A stretch of 64,000 bases of DNA from a bacterium. Lineage in GTDB: Bacteria; JAAXHH01. Position 1 is the stretch's first letter; each line of letters starts with the position of its first letter. Below, piece by piece: positions 28,140-35,851 of this stretch. The notes beneath the pieces were generated by a model. That model searched no databases and was not told the origin of the DNA. It saw nothing but the letters and a program-made list of their open reading frames with translations. The stretch covers positions 815,817 through 879,816 of the forward strand of contig OZ241838.1 in assembly GCA_965202605.1 (NCBI GenBank), written 5' to 3'. Made by a program: the position numbers and the translations under genes.

Positions 28140-28430
28140 GAATGCCTCTGAGGACGATAAGGGGGTTCATTACAAAGGGCCGTTCGATTCGATGGCGAAT
28201 GCGGCGGGACTTCCATGGATCATATGGTTTCTGTTTCGGTCGCCGGCGGACGCTGCTTTCACACGGACCCTTACCAATCACACGGTCCCTTACCTTAATG
28301 AGACCCGACCGGCAAAACAACTGCTATCCTGACAGGACCGCCTATCACTTTGACATGTCCCGCTGCGCCGCGTACTTTTCATCATTACCACGCAACCGAT
28401 ACGCGACAGAACCAACTGCCGGGATCCGAA

Positions 28431-29438
28431 ATGACACGGAAACCCCTCCAGGATCGTGTGGCCGTAGTAACCGGAGCGACGCGCGGCACCGGACGCGGAA
28501 TCGCCCGCATGCTCGGGGCGGCGGGCGCCACGGTCTACTGCAGCGGTCGGAGCGTGAAAGGACACCCCGCCACGGCGGGGCGGCCCGAGACGATAGAGGA
28601 AACCGCCGAAATGGTCACGGCCGAAGGCGGCAAGGGCGTTGCCGTGCGTACGGACCACACGGTCGAAGCCGAGGTGGATCGGCTTTTCGGCCGCATCCGG
28701 AACGAGCAGAACCGGCTCGACATCCTGGTCAACGATATCTGGGGCGGTGACGAACTCACACAGTGGGGATCGCCGTTCTGGGAGCTCGATACCCCCCAGG
28801 GGCTCAGGCTGCTCGAACGGGCCGTGCACACGCATATCATTACCAGCCGGCTGGGCGCGCCCCTGATGGTCGAGCGTAATTCGGGGCTCATCGTGGAAGT
28901 TACCGACGGAGAAACCATGGGTTATCGCGGGAACCTGTTCTACGATCTGGCCAAGAACGCCACGATCCGATTGGGATACGCGATGGCGTGCGATCTTCAC
29001 AGGCACAACGTCACCGCGCTGACGGTCACACCGGGGTTCCTGCGGTCCGAGGCGATGCTGGACGGTTTCGGGGTCACGGAAGAGAACTGGCGGGATGCTA
29101 TCGAGCAGGATTCGTACTTCGCGGAATCGGAGACGCCGTGTTTCCTGGGACGGGGCGTAGCGGCCCTGGCGGCCGATCCGGACGTCGCTTCCAAGAACGG
29201 CGGGTTGTACTCGAGCGGTTCGCTCGCAAAAGAGTACGGTTTTACCGATCTCGATGGACGCCAGCCGGACTGGGGAAGCTTCTTCCGTGCCAGGGTACGG
29301 GAAATCATCGGAAGTGAGGACGCGCCGGACGAGATGAGCCTGTACATCGTCCGCGCCCGGATGTACCAGATCGAACTGGACCCCGGTGCGAAAGAGGAGT
29401 GCAAACGACTACGTGCTTATCTGGATATGCATGAATAA
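28431..29438 (+). CDS. SDR family oxidoreductase
   Basis: VAVVTGATRGTGRGIA is the SDR glycine motif. The start was taken at the internal Met MTRKPL. Confidence 0.85.
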   Translation: MTRKPLQDRVAVVTGATRGTGRGIARMLGAAGATVYCSGRSVKGHPATAGRPETIEETAEMVTAEGGKGVAVRTDHTVEAEVDRLFGRIRNEQNRLDILVNDIWGGDELTQWGSPFWELDTPQGLRLLERAVHTHIITSRLGAPLMVERNSGLIVEVTDGETMGYRGNLFYDLAKNATIRLGYAMACDLHRHNVTALTVTPGFLRSEAMLDGFGVTEENWRDAIEQDSYFAESETPCFLGRGVAALAADPDVASKNGGLYSSGSLAKEYGFTDLDGRQPDWGSFFRARVREIIGSEDAPDEMSLYIVRARMYQIELDPGAKEECKRLRAYLDMHE

Positions 29439-29442
29439 CTCG

Positions 29443-29452
29443 TGTTAAAGGT
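29443..29452. repeat. Left copy of an imperfect 10-bp direct repeat (TGTTAAAGGT) flanking the AT-rich islet. The right copy TGTTAACGGT is at 30882..30891.
   Basis: The two copies match at 9 of 10 positions. They bracket the roughly 44% GC segment. Confidence 0.4.
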
Positions 29453-29486
29453 AGTTGGTGATTATTGTTTTCAAAGTAAGATACAG

Positions 29487-29521
29487 TTTAGACGTATATC
29501 ACGTGATGTCGTACGTCTAAA
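29487..29521. promoter_or_regulatory. Perfect inverted repeat TTTAGACGTA-(15 nt containing CACGTG)-TACGTCTAAA upstream of the islet gene. Candidate operator or stem-loop.
   Basis: 10-bp perfect arms lie at 29487-29496 and 29512-29521. Confidence 0.5.
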
Positions 29522-29591
29522 GATACACCTGCGGTTCATAATGTCAGAATAGTGTCACTAAAGTTCAATAAATGAAGCCGGAGAGTAATCT

Positions 29592-30845
29592 ATGCAAGAC
29601 AAACTGATCAGAATAAGCCCAGCCCATGATAATGAAATAGAGATTTACGAACGACTGTTTCTCGGTGCAAATGTATCCGAAGGCAGTTTGAGTGAGGCAG
29701 ATCTTCGAAACCTGCTATTTCGAAATCCCGAGACGCTTCCAATTGCGGCAATCGATCCAGCATACATGGGAGTCATTCCAGTATGCAAAGAATTGAGAAC
29801 CCCATCTGGAAAGATCGATGCCTTGTTCGTTAACCCCCATGGACGGCTGGTACTTGTCGAGTTCAAACTTTGGCGTAACCCGGAAGCGCGTCGTGAGGTG
29901 ATCGGTCAGATTTTAGATTATGCTAAAGACTTGGCTACATGGGATTATGGAGACCTGCAACGCGAAGTATCTCTAAACACGAGAAATACTGGAAATGTTT
30001 TGTTTGATTTTGTTAGAAACGAAAACGAAGTGTTGAACGAGAATGACTTTGTAGACAACGTGAGCCGTCACCTGAAACGAGGAGAGTTTCTTCTGCTTAT
30101 CGTAGGTGATGGAATTCGAGAAGGGGTGGAGAACATCGTCGACTTCGTTCAGAGACATAGTGGCCTGCATTTCAACTTGGCGCTGGTCGAAGCGGCTCTT
30201 TACAAGGATGCTTCTGATCAACTTTTTGTTCATCCACGTGTCCTGGCTCGCACTGAAATAGTACAGCGGTTCACCTTTGAAGGCGACTTTGCATCCGTCG
30301 TCCCTGCTGATATAATCGAGATTGATGAAGGAAATGCTTCGAGTTCGCTGTCAGAAAAAGAAGAGCAGAACCAGCGATTCTGGAATAATGTTCTGAAGGA
30401 ATTTCAGTTTTCCGATTCTACCATAAAAATCCCAACAGACATATGGCCGGACACTCCTCAAGGTTCAACAATTCACGTGCCGGTTAGAAACTCAGCATTC
30501 AACGGATGGGCTTTGACCTTTGTCGCATTTCTATATAGAGACAAAGGCACTATGGGTTGCTATCTTTCTGTACGCAAGAATCATTCCAGGGAGGAAAGGA
30601 TATTTAAAGGAATTGCTGCCTCACTCGATGAATACAAGAAGATAATCGGGTATAAATTAAATAAGTGGGAGAACGCCAAAGGCAGGCCCAGAATCGGATT
30701 TTTGATGAATTGCGATGCGTCTGTAATAAAAGATGAAAAAAGTGAAGACTTCAGAAACGCGGTTTCCTGGATGCGGGAGCATTTTGACCGGCTGGTCAGT
30801 AACCTGCATCCTCAGCTCCAGGACATGCTTCAGGAAGGTCGATGA
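29592..30845 (+). CDS. Hypothetical protein with an N-terminal RecB/NucS-like PD-(D/E)XK nuclease core and a C-terminal Trp-rich domain of unknown function. The gene is in an AT-rich, horizontally acquired islet.
   Basis: GKIDALFVNPHGRLVLVEFKLW...EVIGQILDYAKDL carries the nuclease motifs D, ExK and QxxxY. The gene has roughly 44% GC against about 65% for its neighbours. A GGAG ribosome-binding site precedes the ATG. Confidence 0.8.
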   Translation: MQDKLIRISPAHDNEIEIYERLFLGANVSEGSLSEADLRNLLFRNPETLPIAAIDPAYMGVIPVCKELRTPSGKIDALFVNPHGRLVLVEFKLWRNPEARREVIGQILDYAKDLATWDYGDLQREVSLNTRNTGNVLFDFVRNENEVLNENDFVDNVSRHLKRGEFLLLIVGDGIREGVENIVDFVQRHSGLHFNLALVEAALYKDASDQLFVHPRVLARTEIVQRFTFEGDFASVVPADIIEIDEGNASSSLSEKEEQNQRFWNNVLKEFQFSDSTIKIPTDIWPDTPQGSTIHVPVRNSAFNGWALTFVAFLYRDKGTMGCYLSVRKNHSREERIFKGIAASLDEYKKIIGYKLNKWENAKGRPRIGFLMNCDASVIKDEKSEDFRNAVSWMREHFDRLVSNLHPQLQDMLQEGR

Positions 30846-30881
30846 ATCATGGACTACTAAGGTTTTAAGCACCTAATTTCT

Positions 30882-30891
30882 TGTTAACGGT
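30882..30891. repeat. Right copy (TGTTAACGGT) of the 10-bp direct repeat flanking the AT-rich islet
   Basis: It pairs with 29443..29452. Confidence 0.4.
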
Positions 30892-30978
30892 GCTATGCTG
30901 ATTTATACTGAACTCTACACTCCCCCGAATCCAACTTGAAAATGGGATGGATTCTCATCCCCGACGGAGGCTAAATCC

Positions 30979-32373
30979 ATGTCTGGCAATGACATTTTAA
31001 AAAACGTCGACTCCCGAATCCAGGACCCCGACAAGATCCAACAACTTTCGCGCCGCGGATTCATCGGCAGCATGGCAGCCGGTGCTGCCGGGGTGGCCGG
31101 CGCGTCGACCCTGCTGTCCACGGCGGCCGAGGCGGTCGCGGCGCCGGAACCCGATCTCCCTGCCGTTCCGGATACCCCTCCCGGAGGCGCCGCACCCGAT
31201 GATGAGGCTTACTGGGGGCAGGTGGCGGACCAGTTCCTGTTGCGCGACAACGTCATCTACATGAATTCCGGTACCCGGGGCATCTCGCCGATAAGCGTGC
31301 ACAAGGCACAGTTGGAGGCGATTGAAGCGGTGAATTCGGATCCCAATATGTGCTGGTCGACCTACAGCTTCGCGGGAATGAGCGAGATCCGGAAGAAACT
31401 GGCCGCGTTCGTGGGAGCCGGGGTCGATGAAGTCGCCGTCACGAACAGCACGACGGACGGCATGGGACTCGGTTTCATGGGGCTGGAACTGAACCGGGGC
31501 GATGAGATCCTGACCACGAACTATGACTACGGCTGGGTGAAGAACATGATGGCCTTCCGCGCGAAGCGGGACGGTCTGGAGTTCAAGATGGTGGACATTT
31601 CGGATCCGAGCTTCCGCACACCGGATGATCCGCAGAAAGTCGTCGATGCCGTGGCAGCCGGTATCACACCACGGACCAGATTCCTCACCATCTGCCATAT
31701 AAACTACACCGACGGTTTCGTCATGCCGGTCAAGGAGATCTGTGAGATTGCCCGTGACCGGGGAATCATCACCCTGGTCGACGGCGCCCAGCCGCCGGGC
31801 ATGATGAAAATGGACATGAGTGAACTCGGATGCGACATGTACGCGGGAGCGGGCCACAAGTACATGCTGGCCGCCCAGCATACGGGGTTTCTGTACCTGC
31901 GGAACGAAGTCGCCGAAAGGGTACATCCCCTGATATACACCGGTTCATCGAATCCCGAGTGGGCCGTTACGGGAGCCCGCAAGCTCGAACAACGCGGATC
32001 TTCGAGTTATTCGGACCGGATCTCCATCGGCGCGGCGCTGGATTTTCACAACAAACTCGGGGTCGAAGCCATCGAAGCCCGACTGCGGTACCTGTCCCAG
32101 CGCATGAGCCAGGGATTGAAGGCCATCGACGGCGTCACCGTGTACGCATCGGACGATCCCAGAATGTCCTGCGCCCTCGTATCCTTCTCCGTCAAGGACC
32201 TCGATCCATCGTTTATCGTAGGGCGTCTCTGGTACCGCAGCCCGAACATCTATATTCGCACCGTCGGCGCCGCGGGCGGTTTCAGAGGGGTCCGCGCCAC
32301 GCTGCACGTCATGGACACGGCCGATCATGTAGATACGTTAGTCGACAGGATCGCAAGTCTCGCACAGGCATGA
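30979..32373 (+). CDS. Aminotransferase class V-fold PLP enzyme (cysteine desulfurase / isopenicillin-N epimerase-like) with a TAT signal peptide
   Basis: SRRGFIGSMAAGAAGVAGAS...AEAVAAP is a TAT signal. GAGHKYM-type and class-V fold segments follow. The product is 464 aa. Confidence 0.8.
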   Translation: MSGNDILKNVDSRIQDPDKIQQLSRRGFIGSMAAGAAGVAGASTLLSTAAEAVAAPEPDLPAVPDTPPGGAAPDDEAYWGQVADQFLLRDNVIYMNSGTRGISPISVHKAQLEAIEAVNSDPNMCWSTYSFAGMSEIRKKLAAFVGAGVDEVAVTNSTTDGMGLGFMGLELNRGDEILTTNYDYGWVKNMMAFRAKRDGLEFKMVDISDPSFRTPDDPQKVVDAVAAGITPRTRFLTICHINYTDGFVMPVKEICEIARDRGIITLVDGAQPPGMMKMDMSELGCDMYAGAGHKYMLAAQHTGFLYLRNEVAERVHPLIYTGSSNPEWAVTGARKLEQRGSSSYSDRISIGAALDFHNKLGVEAIEARLRYLSQRMSQGLKAIDGVTVYASDDPRMSCALVSFSVKDLDPSFIVGRLWYRSPNIYIRTVGAAGGFRGVRATLHVMDTADHVDTLVDRIASLAQA

Positions 32374-32424
32374 GATCTCCGATGAACGAGGGTTACGCGG
32401 CAGGCTCAATCCAATGGATCTGAA

Positions 32425-32837
32425 ATGAGCATAGTACGTTACATAGCCGCCCCGATCGCGGGCGCCGCGGTCCTGCTCGTCCTGGGGTTCTTCCTCTACG
32501 CGGTGTTGTTTTCGGGGTATTTCGCGGTGAACGCCGAACCGGAAGCGGCGGAAATCGCGAAAAATCCGCCAGAAATGCTTTCATATATCTGAGCGAATTG
32601 ATCCTGGCGGTACTGCTGTGCCTCGTAATCGGCTGCTGGGCGGGTGTCTCAGGCGCGGTACCGGGACTCAGGACCGGCGCGGTCTTCGGATTCCTGATGA
32701 GCCTGGGCATCAGTCTCATGTTCTATGGCTCGGTGAACTATATGAATCTCCAGGCGACGTTGTTCGACGTTGTCCTGACGACTGTGCGCCTGGCCCTGGC
32801 GGGCGCCGTGATCGGGATCGTTCTCCCCAGGAAATGA
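32425..32837 (+). pseudogene. Frameshifted copy of a 4-TM small membrane protein (paralog of 32935..33375). The frame breaks at an (AT)3 tract near 32583.
   Basis: The ORF from ATG 32425 stops at 32590 (...PEMLSYI*). Homology to the downstream paralog resumes in another frame at 32598 (LILAVLLCLVIGCW... matches LGALAMGALLTVLLGCW...). Confidence 0.5.
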
Positions 32838-32934
32838 GCCTTCCCCCGCCGATGCGAAACATGTCGCTCCTGCATTTTTACGTGATACGAGATGTGATAG
32901 GAATTGCCGAACGCGTATCCACCGGAAGTCCATT

Positions 32935-33375
32935 ATGACCGTACAGCGATTCTTCGTAGCGACGATTGCCGGTGGCGTCTCGATGTTGATTCTCGGGTTC
33001 GTATCGAACTGGCTGTTCGCCGGCGTGTTCAGCGGATATGCGGTGATTTCAACCGAGATCATATACAGGGACAGCCCGGCCGTTCCATCCCTCTTACTGG
33101 GCGCCCTGGCCATGGGCGCGTTGCTGACCGTCTTGCTCGGCTGCTGGACGGACCACACCGGCGCGGTGAAGGCCTTGGGAACCAGCGCGGTCTTCGGATT
33201 GCTGCTTCACCTTTTCCTGGGCATGAGCTTGTTCGGCATGACCAGCATGCTGAATCTTACCGGCACCCTGATCAAGGTGGTCATCGATACGGCGCAGGTG
33301 GCGGTGTCGGGAATGACCATCGGCGCCGTGCTTGGCCGCGGTGGGCAGACCCAGGCGCACCGTTTCCCATCCTGA
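32935..33375 (+). CDS. Small integral membrane protein (about 4 TM helices), unknown family
   Basis: The 146-aa hydrophobic product is a paralog of the disrupted upstream copy. Confidence 0.55.
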   Translation: MTVQRFFVATIAGGVSMLILGFVSNWLFAGVFSGYAVISTEIIYRDSPAVPSLLLGALAMGALLTVLLGCWTDHTGAVKALGTSAVFGLLLHLFLGMSLFGMTSMLNLTGTLIKVVIDTAQVAVSGMTIGAVLGRGGQTQAHRFPS

Positions 33376-33392
33376 CCGTCCTCTGTCTCTCT

Positions 33393-34373
33393 ATGTACAC
33401 TCCGATCTCCGCCAGCACCCTCCGCACGGGCGAAACGCTCGAAATCGGCGTCGTCCTGGCGCCGGACGACGACTATGGGCCATTAGTCCGGCCGATCCTC
33501 GCCCATAAGTCCCGCAACGAACAGTGGCACCTCGACGAAGTATTCGCCGGAAGCGTGGAACCCCTGGAAACGCGATTCTACCTCGGCCGCCTGGACGCAC
33601 ATCCGGTTTGCAACATCATGGTCAGCGAACACGATGGAATCGGCATCGTGAGCCACGTGTACACCGTGCCGGAATACCGCCGCAAGGGCATAGCGCGGCT
33701 GGTCATGGCCGGGCAGATGACCGATTTCAAGGACCGGGGCGGCCGGTATCTGACGCTGTCCACGGGCTACGGCACCCATCCCTACTATCTTTACCACAGC
33801 TTCGGGTTCCGGAGCGTCATACCGGAATCGGGTCACATGAAGTACATGGGGACCGCAGCGTTCGAGACGGACCATTTCCCCGGAGATGTGGCTCGAGTGG
33901 TCCCCGGAGACTGGAGAAACTGGCCTTCACTGAACGTGCTTTGCGCCCAGGACGGTCCGCCTACCGTACGCAACGTGGGGCTGGGACATATCGGGCCGCG
34001 CATGTTCGAAGGTGCCTACATCGGGCTTATGAAGCTTGCCCGGGAAGATTCCGATCACCAGGTCCGGCTGCTGGTCTCGGACCGCGGGGCGGTCACGGGA
34101 TACGCGACCCTGGTGCCGGACACCCGGTGGCGCGGGGAGACCTGTCTCCTCGACCTGTTCGTTCATCCGGCGTTCACGGCTTACTGGGGGCAGTTGCTGG
34201 ACTCGTTCTCCCTGCCTTCGCGACGAAAAGTCCAGTGCCACGTCGAGGCTGGCGATACGATGAAAGCCGCGGCACTGCTGGACGCGGGGTTCGTCCGCGA
34301 AGCCACGCTGCGGAAGCAGTTCAAAGTGCCGGGACAGGACCTGGACGTCGAGGTCTACGCGCGGTATGCCTAG
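33393..34373 (+). CDS. GNAT-family N-acetyltransferase (tandem acyl-CoA N-acyltransferase-like domains)
   Basis: VYTVPEYRRKGIARLVM is a GNAT motif A (R/QxxGxA). The start was taken at an internal ATG (MYTPIS) of a longer ORF whose 5' part overlaps the membrane-protein gene in another frame. Confidence 0.7.
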   Translation: MYTPISASTLRTGETLEIGVVLAPDDDYGPLVRPILAHKSRNEQWHLDEVFAGSVEPLETRFYLGRLDAHPVCNIMVSEHDGIGIVSHVYTVPEYRRKGIARLVMAGQMTDFKDRGGRYLTLSTGYGTHPYYLYHSFGFRSVIPESGHMKYMGTAAFETDHFPGDVARVVPGDWRNWPSLNVLCAQDGPPTVRNVGLGHIGPRMFEGAYIGLMKLAREDSDHQVRLLVSDRGAVTGYATLVPDTRWRGETCLLDLFVHPAFTAYWGQLLDSFSLPSRRKVQCHVEAGDTMKAAALLDAGFVREATLRKQFKVPGQDLDVEVYARYA

Positions 34374-34436
34374 CGCGGCTCCCGGCATGATCTACGCGCG
34401 GTATGCCCGGTCCTCGTCCCCGCATGGCGCCTGATG

Positions 34437-35849
34437 CTACGCGTGCCTGTCCTTCAGCCCGTCCAGTGTCTTATCGTGTATGCCGCCGAAGCCTCCGTTG
34501 CTCATAAACACGATCCGGTCGCCCGGCGCCGCCTGCCCGGCGAGATGGGCAACGATCCGTTCCACGCTTTCCATGGCGTCGGCCGTCAGACCCCGGCCGC
34601 GCAGTCCTTTCACCAGTTCATCCACTGAAAAGCGGTTGCCGTCGGGCGCCTTTTCGGGCAGAAAGACCGGCGCGATCAGCACGCGGTCCGCGTCGTCGAA
34701 GGCGGCGACATAGGCCTCCTGGAAGTTGCGGCGTATGGTCGTGGCTGAGCGCGGTTCGAAGACGGCCCAGATACGCCGGTCCGGTCCGGCCCCTCTGAGC
34801 GCCTCCAGCGTCGCCTTTACGGCCGTGGGGTGGTGGGCGAAGTCGTCGTAGACGGTGATGCCGTCAACATCGCCCCGCACTTCGAGACGCCGCTTTACGC
34901 CGGGGAAGGTCGCCAGACCCCGCGCGATATCCGGCCAGGATACGCCGTAGTGCCTCGCGGCGGCCACGACCGCCAGGGCGTTCTTGACGTTATGGGCGCC
35001 AGGCTGACGAATGGACAGGCGGGAGACGCGTTTATCCCGTTCACAGAGGTCGAAGGATGCGCCTCCGGGATGGACGGACAGGTTACGTGCCGACCACCGC
35101 GCGCCTGGCGACGAGCCCATGGTATGGACGGTGCAGCATGCCCGGGACGCAAGGGACCGGACGCGTTCGTCGTCCGCCGGGCCGATCAACAGCCCGCTTT
35201 CGGGTATGATGTTGACCAGCCTCCGGAAAGAAAGCACGATCTCATCGAGCGAATCGTAGATGTCCGCGTGGTCGAACTCGATGTTGTTGATGATCACCGT
35301 ATCGGGCAGGTAATGCAGGAACTTCGCCCGCTTGTCGAAGAAGGCGCTGTCGTACTCGTCGCCTTCCAGGATGAACAGGTCGCCCGACCCCAGCCTTGCG
35401 CCGGTCTGCCAGCCGATGGGAACGCCGCCGATGATGTAGCTGGGATCCCGGCCGGCCTCGGTGAGCACCCAGGCGAGCATCGCCGTCGTAGTCGTCTTGC
35501 CATGCGTGCCCGCCACCACGACCGGTTTGCGGTCCCACAGGAAGAAGGACTTGAGCGCCTCCGGCATGGATACATACCGGATCTTCCGGTCCAGGACGGC
35601 TTCGGCCTCGGGATTGCCGCGTGAAACCGCGTTTCCGATGACCACGAGGTCCGGCGGAGGATCCAGGTTGGAAGCGGCGAAACCCGTGAAAACGGGTATC
35701 TGCTGTTCCGCAAGCACCGTGCTCATGGGAGGATACACGTTTTCGTCGCTTCCGGTGACCCGGTGTTCCAGGGACTTGAGCATCACGGCCAGCGCGCCCA
35801 TGCCCGTGCCGCAGATGGCCACGAGATGGATATGTAGCGGTCGGGGCAT
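34437..35849 (-). CDS. mpl: UDP-N-acetylmuramate:L-alanyl-gamma-D-glutamyl-meso-diaminopimelate ligase
   Basis: ICGTGMGALA, GTHGKTTTT and Mur-ligase C-domain motifs are present. The product is 470 aa. Confidence 0.9.
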   Translation of the reverse strand: MPRPLHIHLVAICGTGMGALAVMLKSLEHRVTGSDENVYPPMSTVLAEQQIPVFTGFAASNLDPPPDLVVIGNAVSRGNPEAEAVLDRKIRYVSMPEALKSFFLWDRKPVVVAGTHGKTTTTAMLAWVLTEAGRDPSYIIGGVPIGWQTGARLGSGDLFILEGDEYDSAFFDKRAKFLHYLPDTVIINNIEFDHADIYDSLDEIVLSFRRLVNIIPESGLLIGPADDERVRSLASRACCTVHTMGSSPGARWSARNLSVHPGGASFDLCERDKRVSRLSIRQPGAHNVKNALAVVAAARHYGVSWPDIARGLATFPGVKRRLEVRGDVDGITVYDDFAHHPTAVKATLEALRGAGPDRRIWAVFEPRSATTIRRNFQEAYVAAFDDADRVLIAPVFLPEKAPDGNRFSVDELVKGLRGRGLTADAMESVERIVAHLAGQAAPGDRIVFMSNGGFGGIHDKTLDGLKDRHA

Positions 35850-35851
35850 GG

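Noticed and set aside
32904-34373. A single 489-aa ORF as listed in the track
   Set aside because: Its first roughly 160 codons overlap the well-supported membrane-protein gene (32935..33375) in another frame. GNAT similarity begins only at the internal ATG 33393, so the CDS was trimmed.
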